Assembly: GCA_013239625.1 (NCBI GenBank)
Contig: MU056050.1
Coordinates: 1,846,084 to 1,910,083 of the forward strand
DNA from: Lama guanicoe
Taxonomy: Eukaryota
DNA length: 64,000 nt
Reading direction: 5' to 3'
The translations under genes were made by a program, and so were the position numbers. The stretch's first letter is position 1, and the number at the start of each line of letters is the position of its first letter. This document shows, in pieces, positions 11,676-24,029 of the stretch. The notes below the pieces were generated by a model. That model had not been told where the DNA came from. It made no database searches and saw nothing but the letters and a program-made list of their open reading frames with translations.

Positions 11676-13949
11676 GGAACACTGCCTTAGTAACATACAG
11701 ATGTTATCCTGAGGACTTCTCAAATTATCAAATGTCACTCCACTGTTGATGACCAGACTGCACCTTGCAAACGTGAAACAGCATACACAGTAGGAAGATT
11801 TTTAGCATTCATTATTGGAAAAAATGGAGCTCTAGTTCACCAGACCATTCCCACACTCTGCATGTAATTCTTGATCATTCTTGAACTGAGGATCCAGTCT
11901 ATGTGGGAGAAGAGGGGAGGGTGATCAGGAGGAGGCAGATAAATGGGCAGATGGCTTGAGGAGTGGATGGCCATGTGGGAGAGGACAGGGGCTGTTGCCT
12001 GCTGTGTCCTGGGAAGGCTCAATGTCCATCAAGGAAAGAAAATGATTGGGAAATGCTTCACAGTGCAACACACCAAATGGAATAAGAGCCTATTCATCCA
12101 GTTGGAGCAAGAAAAAAGTAACAGTGCCCACTGCCTGTGTGGGTGTTCTTGGCCTTTTCCAGCAAGGTGTGTGTTTAAAAAAAGATTAGTACAATAGGGC
12201 ACAAACAGTCCTATTGAAAACAGCCGCCTGCATAGACTTGGCAGATTTGTACTGTGGAACAGTTCCGTCTGACATTTAAAATGTGGCAAAACTACTTAAA
12301 TTCAATTTAAAAATAAGTTTTCTATAGCCCCTTATTTTCTTCTTATAAGCATGAGTTCAATGAAGACGGCATCATGAGCTTTACAGGATGCCCCTCGGAA
12401 TGAATGTCTGTCAAAGACAAGAATATGTGGCACTAAGGGATGACAAGCTGATTAGGCTGCAATGATTCCCAGGTTCGTGCCTGAGAAGAATACTCTCAGA
12501 AAGAAAACTTCTGGGTGGAATTTGGACTGTGCTTTGGACTGGGCTGTAGCTCCAAACCACTGCAGCCAAGTTCACAAAAGGAACATGAACACGTGTTTTA
12601 ATCAACAAATGGTAAAGAGGAGAGGGAATAGAGAGGGACATGTTCTGTAATGTCACTGAGGGACCAATGACTTGGATCTGCATCCTGATTTCTTCACAGC
12701 AGATGAATTTGGTTTAAAGAAAGAAAGGGAAAAAAAGGATTGCAAAACTCTTGTTGAATATGTCATGTAGCACAGCTACTGGCTTATTCTTGTGCCATGG
12801 CATAAAGACGTGAAATGCTTCTTGAGGAACTCATAGATTTCTTTTTTTCTCCAGTGAGATACTGACTCAAAAGCATCTTTCCACATCCTCCAAATTATCT
12901 CCCTGCTTTCTTCCTGATGCCTTCTGCTAGAACCATGGCCAGAAGCTAGAGAACATGCTATCACTATATAACAAAAGCATCCTTGTCTTGAATATTGCAG
13001 AGGGAAATTCCACCTTTCTTTCCAGACTTCTGCCTCTGTTTATCCCCTTAACAGCGCCTCCACAGGGGAAGAGGACTTGATATCCTTATTGGTCAAAGCC
13101 TGAAACATAGATCGTGTCACATTGAATGGTACATATAGTTACTGTCCCAGAATTCCTTTCATAGCTGTCTTTCACTTATATGTCTAGAAAGGGTCTATAT
13201 TGTTGATGCAGATTCAATCATCCTCCTCGTCTATATCTTCTTCTTTCTTACATTCCTGCCTCAGGAACAAACTTGGCATTCTTTTTGACTTTTTTTCTGT
13301 GCCACATCATGTAGCTGGTCGGGTCAATGGATTCAGGGCCCTTGTTGCGACCCAGCTTCTCTCTCTCCTTCTCTCCCATTCACTCTCCACTTATCATCTG
13401 CCCCAAGCAGGCAGATCTAAGTACACTGATCCCAAAATTAGGATTAGGGGGTAGGGGTGAGTAAGAGACTCCATTAAGCCTCGAGCTTAAACCTCATCAC
13501 CCCATTCAGTTCTTTGCAAGGATTACTGAGTACCTGCTCAGCTGTCTATCAATGAAGTAGTAATCAGATTCCCATTTGGTTATGGTTCTTTGCACATAGC
13601 TTCCTTGACACAGAACTCTGGAAGAAGGAGGGATCACTGAGAGGGCAGGAACCAAGGGTCTTAAAGACCTGGGCTATATTACCAATCTGAGACTATCAAT
13701 ATGATATCTATAACTACTATTCTGGACTTGGAGATTTATCTTGCCTGGATTACTAAAATAGACACCTGTCTGTTCTTCTCACCTCCATTTTCATTTTTCT
13801 CTTGCCCATCCTTCTCGTTTTAGCTAGACCAAACTTCCTAATTAAAAAATCTTTTCATATTACTCCTTTCCTTAAATGCATTTATTTGTTTGTTTATCCT
13901 TAGCATGACTTTGAAGGCTTGCTAATCTGGCCCTGGTCAACTCTAAATG

Positions 13950-14112
13950 AGTTGTTCTCAAAATCTGTCTCAACAAGAATCACTTGGTGTTTTTGTCCTT
14001 CCCCAGAAACAGATTCAGTAAATCTGAGGAGAAGCCTGGGAATCTGCAATGGAACAAATGCCTTATATTGTTCTAATACAGATATCCTGGGTACTGCACA
14101 TTGAGAAGCACT
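13950..14112. mobile_element. MER5A-like DNA transposon fossil
   Basis: gttctcaaa...agaatcacttgg...cccagaaacagattcagtaaatctgagg...gggaatctgca...ttgagaagcact. Confidence 0.6.
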
Positions 14113-14379
14113 TCCTTGTGGTGGTACAGACTGATCTTCCCGCATCATTTTGTTCTCCTCCTTGGCTGACTCCCTCTGCTCTTCCTGAAATATTGTGTTC
14201 ATAAACTGATAAACTCTTGAGTTAGAATAAACCTTAAAGATCACTGAAGTGCCTTTCACACTCGATGCAGGCATTCCCTCCACAGCTTGTCTCACAGGTA
14301 GGTATCCAGCCTCTGTACCTGATTACACTGTTAAATGGCTCTGCAAAATCCCAAATTTCATCCAACAGGAGAATCACCC

Positions 14380-14900
14380 AGGGGTAGTAGAAAAAGCACT
14401 AGATCTGAAGTCAGAATTTAGATCCTGATTGCCACTTTTTAGTTGTGTGATCTTAACCAAATCACTTGATCTACCTGCAACTTGGTTTCCTTTTCTATAG
14501 AAAGTGTTAATGTGAAATTCAGTGCAGCGTAACAGTTAAGAGTAACTGGAGCCCAGACGGAGTGGAAATCAAACCTTGGCTCTACTAGTTGCTAGATGTG
14601 TGATCTTGGCATGTTACTTAACCTTTCCATAACTCAGGTTAGTCATCTGTAAGGTGTACCTGATAATAAGAGTAACCAACTCATGTGGTGAAATGTAAAT
14701 GAGTTTATATGTGCAAAGTGGCTGGCATACAGTAAACACAATGTAAGTGTTAACTATTACTATTTTCTATTAAATTGGGGGTAAAATTCTTGGAGTACTC
14801 TTGCAACTACCTCATAGGGTTGGTATAAAAATTAAAATCATATGAAATAATGTATAATAAAGTGTTCAATAAACTATGAAGTGCCATATAAATGTTATCA
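14380..14900 (+). mobile_element. Cluster of nested MIR SINEs (~14380-14500, ~14520-14765, ~14790-14900)
   Basis: gtagtagaaaaagcactagatctgaagtcaga; agttaagag...ggagcccagac...tgtgtgatcttggcatgttacttaacct; ctacctcatagggttggtataaaaattaaa. Confidence 0.75.
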
Positions 14901-15159
14901 GATTTAGTTGAAATCTGTTAGTTCTAAAACTAACCTCAGACTGCACAGAATAAACCAAATACTTCTTCTACATAACAAAGCTGAAGATAGCTTACCCCGT
15001 ACCCCCAGGCTTAACAGCTTCAGTCTTTTCAACAGTTCCCTATATCACATAGCTTATGGTCTCTTCATCATCTTGGTCATACTCTATGGATGCATTGTAT
15101 TTCATTATTTATTTTTATTCATCAAAATTTCATGATTCTAAGCACTATGCTACATATTA

Positions 15160-15292
15160 TTTTTTATATATACATTCTATTAAAGTATAGTCAGTTTACA
15201 ATGTTGTGTCAATTTCTGGTGTACAGCATAGTGCTTCAGTCATACATGAACATACATATATTTGTTTTCATATTCTTTTCCACTGTAAGTTA
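15160..15292 (-). mobile_element. Short 5'-truncated lineage-specific L1 3' tail with TSD
   Basis: aagtatagtcagtttacaatgttgtgtcaatttctggtgtacagcatag; flanked by tatgctacatatta (15146-15159) and tatgctgcatatta (15293-15306). Confidence 0.85.
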
Positions 15293-15401
15293 TATGCTGC
15301 ATATTAGAGATATAACAATAACTGAAATACAGTTCCTACCCTCAAAAATGTTGTCCAGTGGTCAAAATGGTTAAAATATAACATGAAAACTAAATATTAC
15401 C

Positions 15402-15462
15402 TTATACCATACACCAGAGATGACTGACACATTGTAATTGACTATATTTAAATTAAAAAAAA
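15402..15462 (+). mobile_element. Very short L1 3' tail with poly(A) and TSD
   Basis: tacaccagagatgactgacacattgtaattgactata + A-tail; flanked by aaaactaaatattacc and aaacctaaatgttacc. Confidence 0.8.
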
Positions 15463-15929
15463 AAACCTAAATGTTACCAAAGGACTGGCTGGGCCAACAT
15501 ACCTCTTCCATTGTATATAGTACATATTTATCAATGTAGATTAAGGCTCCATTAGCATGGCTGATCAGTGTTGATTCATACTGAGCATACAGTCAAATGA
15601 TCCTCTAGGATTTACACATTAAAACTCATGTTGGATCACATCTTCTGTACCCTACATTTATACAGTTGACTTTAAACCCACAAGTTCGGACTTGAAATTT
15701 ATGCATCTTAAATGAGCTATTATCATTTTCACCCCATCATTCTAAACCATAAAAACTTGCCATATCTGCAGAGTTAAGAGGCATGCTATCTATACCCTGA
15801 TGAAAATGATGAACAGAACACCGTTAGAAATTTCCTTTCTGATTGACATACATTCATTAGAGTTATTCAGCTATTTATGGAACCACGTTAACACTATTTC
15901 CATACAGCTCACATTCCAGGCACTCAAAT

Positions 15930-16190
15930 AATAATAGCTAATGCTTATTGATCAATTAGTAGATATCACTCTAAAGTCCTTAGATATTGCTCCAAATTTT
16001 TTACATGTGTAAGTGTCTTACCCTCAGAACAATCCTATGAAATAAGTGCTACTTCTATTTTGATTTTATAGATCAGAAAACAGAGGAACTGAGAGATGAT
16101 GTCAATTGCCTGAGAACCCACAGCTAATAAGTGGTAGAGCTATGATTTTAAACCTGAAGTCTAGTGCTATAGCCCACATGCAATCACTGT
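15930..16190 (-). mobile_element. MIR SINE
   Basis: aataatagctaatgcttattga...cctcagaacaatcctatga...ttttatagatcagaaaacagagg...cacagctaataagtggtagagc. Confidence 0.75.
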
Positions 16191-17169
16191 GATATTCCTG
16201 TTTTTGTTGTTGAACAAATGAAATGGAATTAATAACTAGGCACAACTCAACCCTTGCTGAAGCCATGCTGAGAGCCCTCATGATCCTCACTATCTTTTTT
16301 AGCGTTTATAATCAATTTCTTTATGAATCCACTAGAGATTTCCACTAAGAATTGATGTCAACATCACTGGCCCATAATTTCTAGAATCTGACCCTCTCCT
16401 TAAAAAAAAATCAGATTACCATTACTTTTGTAATTGCATTCAGTCAGAGATCCCTCTTATTGGACTAATATGGTGTTTCTCTGACCTATGACTAAGCAAC
16501 CTGCTTGCATATCATAATTAAAAGTCAACTTCCAGAATTTCATTAAATTTTTAATGAGTGTCCTTGGCAGAAAGGCAGAAAGCCTAACTAAAATCTCAAA
16601 AACGGCTCTTTAAACCCATTCACTGAGAAAGAAAATGAAGCAGAAGACAAGAAAGTTTATATTCCAAGCAGACATTGGTAATTATCACATTGGACCACGC
16701 ATCTGTCTAGCCACCTTCTGTTCACAAGATGAAATTAAAACTGTTGGTGTGCTGGCTTGCTATTCCTGTTAGTTACAGATTCCTCTTATGTGCCTGCAGG
16801 TAGGGATGCTCTGCATTGCTGTTTCATTTCACTGACATTTTGAGAAAGCAGAATGACCCTTCTGTTTTTATTTCCTAGTCCCTGATAGGGTCTGTTACCA
16901 GATCGCCCCCAGAAAAAGCTATTTATTGCTATCTCTTTTTATTGTTTTTTCTTTTATCTTCCTGCTAACTTTCCGTGGAGAAACTTTATGTGAAGACTTG
17001 ATTGTGTGGGAAAGTGAAAAAGTGGCAAGAAAGGAAATAAATTGCTGGCTTTTATTCTTGGATACGCACTGTGGCAGCTTTTTGGCCAAAATTCTTCAAG
17101 TCCTTATCAATTTTGTGGGAAATTATTAACTCCCAAAATTGAAAAAGTAAATCCTCAAAAAAATTTAGA

Positions 17170-18050
17170 TTATTGTTTTCCAACTTGTGTACTGCAGAAC
17201 ATGAGTTCAGAGTTAATTTTTAAAGTGTGTTTTAGCGGGAGGTAGTTGAATTCTCAAGCAAGTTTTGGAAAATTTTTATATCATATTTTCTACATAAGTG
17301 GATGTTATTTACAATTTCAATAAATTTTAATAATCCAATTATTCACAATTTAAATTTGGCAAGTGTTTATTGAGCATCTACTGGGTTCCAGGTACTCTTG
17401 CAGGATCTGGATATAGAATGATGACTAAGGCTTATATGGTCCCTACCCCCATGGAGCTAACATCCTAGTTGGAGAGACAGAAAATATACAAATCCAATGA
17501 ATAAATAAATAAGATAATCCTAACTAATAATAAATGTTTCAAATTAAATAAAAAAGAAGGATGAGATTTAGCATGGCAGGAGGATATGCTGGAACTACCT
17601 TAGAGTCATTAGGGAAGGGCTCTCCAAGGACATGATATTTGATCTGTAATTTATGACTATTCCATTGGAATAACAAGAGGAAGAGTCAGGAATAGAGAAC
17701 AGTAAATACTGGAAATTCCCTGAGGCTGGAAAAAGTTTAGTGTGTTCAATGAACAGTAAGGAAGCTGATGTGGCTAGAGCAGAGTGTTCAGGGCAAGAAG
17801 TATACCAGATGATGCTGAAAAGGAAGGCATGGGCCAGTGCATGGTAGGGATTAAATGATTTTGAGCAGGAAAGTGGCTTAACTCAATTTACATCAAGATT
17901 TTGAGCAGTTCCACCTTAAAGAAATCTGCTTAGAATTTTTAATCCAGTAGTTCCCAAGCACATTTGATCACTAAAGACTTTTATCCCTATAGAATACATT
18001 TTCACATCTTGCGTTATAGTATCCTATAGCACACCAGTTTAGGAAACATG
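17170..18050. mobile_element. Charlie4-like hAT DNA transposon remnants flanking an L2
   Basis: tgttttccaacttgtgtactgcagaaca...aagttttggaaa (~17170-17270) and aagaaatctgc...ttcccaagcacatttgatcac...ccagtttaggaaac (~17915-18050). Confidence 0.45.
17340..17895 (-). mobile_element. L2 LINE 3' portion
   Basis: gtttattgagcatctactgggttccagg...ccctacccccatggagctaacatcctagttggagagacaga...ggaagctgatgtggctagagcagagtg. Confidence 0.8.
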
Positions 18051-18659
18051 TGAGATAAATTTTTGAGTGAAATAGTCATTTTGCAGTATTATGGAATGTT
18101 TGAGGATCTACTGAAAATACAAATATACACATGAGTATGAAGAGACAGATTATCTAAGCAAATACAGACCTTTTTGGCTCTAGGTTTAGACAGGAGACTG
18201 AGTAGATCATAGAGTTGGGTTGGATTTGAGGAGAAAGGAGGTTAGAGTTCTTATATTCTTACACAATAACTGTATACTCTCTTCTCAAACACTGACACTG
18301 ATTGTTGTCAGGAAGACTTCTATTTCATCTGTTTTCTCTCCAACCTTTGCTCATAGAGGGTTCCAAAGGAAAAGTATTTGGACCTAAAGCAATGTTTGTG
18401 TGCTTCGCTTCAAGAAGCAAATCAGTAATGCACCACTATTTCTTATAATATGCATCTTTCAGAATAGGAAAGGCTAGATGGAGGAGTGAGTAAGAAGAGA
18501 CAACTAAGTGGCATGTGAGAGAAACAGGATATTCAAGTTGAATCTATGGGGCTCACAACATGATGGGTGCCAGGGTCTTTCCACAGGCAATGTCATCTTC
18601 TCCTTGTCATTTTAAGGATGATGGCAAGATTAACTTGAGAGGAACAATAAGAAATCTAT

Positions 18660-18900
18660 GGGAGACAGTCTAGTTGAGTGGTTAAAAGCACAGTCTTTGA
18701 AATTAGACTTGGGTTCCAGACCCAGCTCTGACAGTTACTACGTGGCTTCAGACAAGTTAGTTAACCTGTCTGAGACTTGGTTTCCTCATCTATAAAATAA
18801 AAATGATAATAGTATCTAGTTCAAAAAACTGTTTAGGGGATTAAATGTGATTACATATTTAAAGAGCTGTGTGCAGTGCCTCACAGAGTATGTATTATAA
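18660..18900 (+). mobile_element. MIR SINE
   Basis: gtggttaaaagcacagtctttgaaattagacttgggttc...caagttagttaacctgtctgagacttggtttcctcatctataaaat. Confidence 0.85.
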
Positions 18901-18965
18901 AATGTCTCTGTTGTCAAATTTGTAAATGCCTACACCTTTGGGAGAGGAGACTGGAAATGCAGTTC

Positions 18966-19178
18966 AGTGTTGCCTGATGGAAGTTTCTGAAATAATGGAA
19001 ATATCCTTTCTCTGAACTGTAATAGCTTAGCCACTAACCACATAGGACTGTTGAACACTTAAAATTATTCTAGTACAACTGAGGAACTAAAATATTAGTT
19101 CCATTTAATTTTTATTAACTAAAATTTAAATTTAAGCAGCCATGTGTATCTACTGACTACCATTTTGGACAGTGCAAC
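18966..19178. mobile_element. MER3/MER33-like hAT-Charlie MITE
   Basis: aataatggaaatatcc...agccactaaccacata...actgaggaactaaa...agccatgtgtatctactgactaccattttggacagtgca. Confidence 0.75.
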
Positions 19179-20554
19179 TCCAGGTGTTGAGAATTCTGGG
19201 ACTGATGGAAAGAGATAATATCTGAAACACCTCTGGATTTGAAGAGGAAGGAGCAAAGAGGAAAAAGAGGGTAGACTGTAAAGGGGAGACAAAGAGAAGG
19301 GATGAAGCTTCCAAAAGCATTAAGACAAGAATAAAAGAAATGTCATTCTTGGTTCTATCATCCAGTCAAATAGAAACTTTATATAGATGCCACCTATGGC
19401 ATCCTCTGAAGAATTTGAGGACTAGGCCCGCTACATATACACCTTTCCCTTGGATCTAGAATTCAAAAATTATTTTTCTCAGCCCTTCTTGACCCTTTTT
19501 CTATTTTCAGCCTGCATCATTTCCTAAGGTAATGGGTTCCATATGTTTACCACCTGCTGGATAAAGTGGTATTTCTACTTTATTGCTTTCAAGCTACCTC
19601 CTCTAGCTCCAAGTAATAGTACTTATCTTTGATGAGTTCCAAGTACTTTAAAGATATCCTCAAATAACCCAACGACAAGTGAACATGTCAATTCTTCTCC
19701 TGAGAGTCTTGGCTAATATAACTGCATTTGGTCCTCAGGGCACTCAGGGTCAGATGGGGCATTCTGAAGTGTCCTGGTTTCTCCTAGCCTGCCTTAGCAC
19801 TTGAAACTCCTCTGATTAGGATTTTCTGTCTGGTAAAGACTTTGCTTTTAGAAACCCATTAAAATGCAAGTGTGTCACAACTGAAGCCAAAAACAACCAC
19901 TTAACACCTTGACTTACTTTTTTTCTACATTGAATTCCAGAGACCTGGGACTATGTGAGCTTGGATTTGGAAAGAGCAAATGGGGAAAGGCCCAGATCAT
20001 GAAGGATCTGCTGTCTAGCATGGGGTACTACAAAATAATAAGTACAAAGGTCTTATATATCTGTACAGGAAGCAAAAAGAGACAACTGAATAAAAGCATC
20101 AAACACCACCAATGTCAACAAAATTTAAGGTTTTACCTCCTCCACAATAGGCCTCTTTTTGTTTTTTCATTGCTTCATCAAGGTAAACCAAGTTACAGAG
20201 TCCAGAAGCCACAAGATGAAGCTGTTCTAATTCCCTTCACAATGAATGATTCACTAGTGATAAGGGGTAAAAACTAATGTTTCATTGGACTGATAATCTT
20301 CCCGAGAACTTTATTTGGCCTTTGAGTATTTTCCAGTCAATCTTCTTTATGTGGAGATTTTAATTGACTCCAGGAAACCCTCAGTTTGGCCTTTTTTGAC
20401 TCCATTCTCCCTGAATCTGTCAGTAAAAGAGCAATACATCATTTTGCCCGAGACCTACATCTTGTTAATGACACTGGCCCAGTACAAACTGAGTTCAAAG
20501 ATAATCAGTATTCAAGTAATGACACTGTTTATAGGACACTATGTTTTCCATTAA

Positions 20555-22770
20555 ATTTAACAAACAGTTCTTGAGCATCTACTATAAGGGATATGAGCAT
20601 AAATTTTAAAAGAAAGTCCTGTCTTTAAGAAGCTTATGAGATGGAATATGAGCTTCCTTTGCTCTAAGTCATTCAATACTGACTTATCATATTTTTATTT
20701 AGTTTCTAGTGTGCCAAAAACTGTGCTAGGCAGGTAATGGAGAACAAGACAGACACATTCCCTGCCCTCAGGGAGCTTTGCATTCCACAAACATTTGTGA
20801 TTTATACTGGTGTAAGACTCAGCTCATATTAGTTTACCTAACATGAAGTCCATTTTTTTGAGTATTTGTCTCATGCCTCCCTTAGGAAAGGCTTGAAAGG
20901 AAGAGATGATATTTAACATAGGGTCAGAAGTATTTTAGCAAACAAGTATGAAAAAGAGAGCATTTGAGTCAAAAAAAAAAAAAGCCAGCATTACTAGAGC
21001 CATGGATGTGTCCAAGATATACAAGTAGTCAGTTTGGAAGTATAGTAGAGTTCATGAGATAGACAATAAAAGCTAAAGCTGGAAAATCAGATTGGTAGAA
21101 TGCCAATGAGAGCTTTGAACGCTAGGGCAATAATGCTATACTTAATTCAGTAGACGGGGTTCAGTCATATAAGGCCACACATACCTTTAAGGTCTAGAGG
21201 TGTTTGAGCAAAGAAATTATGTGATCAAATATGAACTCTTAGAAGATTAATCTGGCATCCTGTATGTTGGATGGCTAGGAGGTTCAAGACAGGAGGAGGG
21301 GAGAAATGTTAGAAAGTTTCTGTAAAATTCCAGACAAAAGGCAGTAAGGCCCTTTATTAAGAGGGTGTCAATGGGCATGGAAAGGTCAATGAGTTGGTAA
21401 AAGACTAGTTCTAGGTTGGAGAAATCAAAGAGGATGTCAAAGGTGGGATGGAAGAAAGAATTGATCATATTTTGCTCATTAGTTAGAGATTAAAGATTTG
21501 TAAACAAAGTTTGTTTAAATTTCTGGGGGTTTTCTGGAGAGCTTATCATTTCAGAAAGGGCTTGGCAACATTAAAAAGAAATTGAGCATCCATTTAATCC
21601 ATGTTATCTATGGGTATGACTATGTTAAATTCAAAACATGCTTATTGAGCATCATCTACCATGTCCTAAGTAACCTTTAGGCACTGGGGCTAAAATGGTG
21701 AAGAGAAAGAAGTGTGGTTCCTGCCTCTAAAAGTTTACAGTCTTTTAATGTAGATAATAATAAAACAGTTATTAATTCAATATATATTGAATGAGTGTGT
21801 ACTCTATTACAGACTCTAAGTGCTAAAAACATAAAAATGAGCAAAACAGGCAAAAATCTCTACCCTCATGGAGCTTGACCATGGGGAGACTGACCCTTCA
21901 AATGTAAACAAATAAATAAGATTATTTCAGATAATAATAATTGCTATTAAAAATTGAACTAGGTAATAGGATATAGTGGCAGGGGTGATGAGGTTTACTT
22001 TATATAGGGTGGTCAAGGAAGTGCTTTTTGAGAAGGGAGCAAATCATGCAAAATATCCAGGGGAAGAGCACTCCAGGTAGAGGGAAGAACAAGTATCAAG
22101 GTTCTCAGAAGAAAAAGAACATGGCAAGTTCAAGGGAAAGAAACAAAGCCAGTGTGGCTCGACTAGAATGAGCAAGAGGAAGAGAAGTAGGCAGGGGCAG
22201 GCCCATTGAGTGTTCTGTAGGTCGTGGTAAGGAGGTTGGTTTCACCCTGAGTGCATTGAGGGCTTTAAGAAGTAGGTAATGTGATTTAGTTTACATTTTT
22301 AAAAGGATCACTCTGGCTGTTGTGCTGAGAATAGACTCTAGAGGGGCAGGAGTAGAAGCAGGGAGACCTGTTAGGAGGCTGTAAATATACAGGTATATCT
22401 ATATGTCTTTTATCTTTTTATGGAAAAACAATGGTTCTCCCTTATAAAAAAAAGAAAGCCTATAATATACTTCCCCATCACTCATCATTTTTTGTTCCAA
22501 TGCAGAGCAATAACACAAATCCTTCAAAGTAAAAGGTAAAAAAATATATCAAATGTTGGCTATTTAGGCAATTAATTCATCCATTCAACAAATATTTATT
22601 GAGTGGCTACTAAGAGCCATGCACTGTGCTAGACCCTGGGGATACAAATCTGAGCAAAACAAAAATAATAACTTCCCTCGTGGAGTTTTTTGATCTTGTG
22701 TGGGAGATGGATACCTATGAAATGATTATACACAGACATAATCACAAACCATGGTTAAGTGTTAGGAAGG
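20555..22770 (-). mobile_element. Cluster of L2 fragments (~20555-20790, ~20900-21460, ~21630-22390, ~22575-22770)
   Basis: Repeated L2 antisense motifs: cctgccctcagggagctt; ctaccctcatggagctt; aggatcactctggctgttgtg; cattcaacaaatatttattgagtggctac. Confidence 0.75.
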
Positions 22771-23039
22771 AAAATAGGCTGCTCCGCAAGCCTTATTTGT
22801 TATATGAACTCTTCTGCAATGAGCCTGTGGTCATCTGCATTGCTGTTTAAGACTAGGACACATGTAAAAGGGGAAAACCCATTTAGAAAAGACTTTGATT
22901 CAGATTTTCAATCTATTATTAGACATCCACCATCAAGTTTTAATTATAACTGCATGCCCAATATCAGGAAAAGAATGAAGTATAACTGACTACATTAAAA
23001 TAAGGGAGTAGCCCCAAAAGGAACTACAACAATACCTTA

Positions 23040-23770
23040 GAGAGCCTCCTCAGTACATAGCACAGGGCTAGAGGGTTCTGCAGGAGGACACTGATCAAGC
23101 AAGGACGCTGCCCTAAAGAAGCTACAGTGTCAAGTCCTCCAAGAGGCCTTTCCTGATTGTCTCTACCATTCCAAGTCCTGGTAAGGCACTCTTCTATGAT
23201 GTCCAATAGCACCTGTTCTTTATGACTCTGTGACTCTAGACACCATGGCCACTGCTTTTTAACTCTTATTCCCAGACTAGACAATAGATCTCATAAGGCC
23301 AGTGACATTGGTCAGCTGGTTCACTGAGGCGTCCCCACATTTCAAATAAAAATGGCACATGATGAGTGCTCAATAAATGATGAATTAACAATACAAAGTA
23401 AACAACACAAGGTAAAAAGTAGTAAGAACCACGGGGAACATATAGATAAGTCGCTATGGACATTTATTGGAGGGAGCAGATACTTCTAACCAAGACGGAT
23501 TAGAGAAGGATTAGTAGAAGATCATTTTTGTGCTGGTCTATGAAGATCAAACAAGATTAGACGTGGGCATGAGGGAAGAGAGGCCAAGTGAAATGAACAG
23601 TGTGAACAAAGGCATGGAAATGGAAAAATGCCAGGCGTGCTTGTTAAACCAAAAGGAGCACAGCATGGTTAGACAAAGAGAACATGAGAGGAAGTGGTGG
23701 GAGGTGATGTTGGAAAAGTAGCTCAAGGGCTGAAGTGTGCAGGGCTTTGATTGTCAGGCTCAGATTTGAT
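23040..23770. mobile_element. L2 fragments in both orientations (plus-strand L2 tail ~23135-23390 within a minus-strand L2)
   Basis: tggcacatgatgagtgctcaataaatgatgaatt (plus-strand tail); gaacagtgtgaacaaaggcatgga (minus). Confidence 0.6.
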
Positions 23771-24029
23771 CATCTGACAGCTGGTCCAATCCACTACCAC
23801 ATACAAGGCTTGAAATCAGAAGATCTGGATTCTAGTTCTAGCTCTGCCATTTGTCAATTATGTAACTCAAGGAAAATTATTCAACTCTGGTGGTCTAAGC
23901 CTGTGAATCATTGCTATAACAAACCAAAATGGGAAATACAGCAAGGAAAAGGAGGATGCTAGTGAGTTCACATTTATAGTTGTCTTTTTTTTTCATCTCT
24001 TAGAATCTTTTTTATTTGGTGAGATGTTT

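Larger units (their letters stand above)
14190..16430 (-). mobile_element. Fragmented CR1/L3 LINE remnant interleaved with MIRs and L1 tails
   Basis: CR1-like antisense segments: gagttagaataaaccttaaagatcact...tatccagcctctg (~14200-14320), ccaggcttaacagcttcagtcttttcaacagttccc...catcttggtc (~15000-15090), ttgattcatactgagc (~15570), gaattgatgtcaacatcactggcccataatttc (~16350). Confidence 0.5.

Noticed and set aside
13050..13070. CTCF/REST-like motif cagcgcctccacagggg
   Set aside because: Several mismatches at core positions.
18400..18422. gtgcttcgcttc resembling the U6 snRNA 5' end
   Set aside because: Similarity is ~12 nt with an indel and does not continue.
23105..23300. Opposed L2 tails as a miR-28/151/708-type hairpin
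   Set aside because: Arms are ~140 nt apart and poorly complementary.
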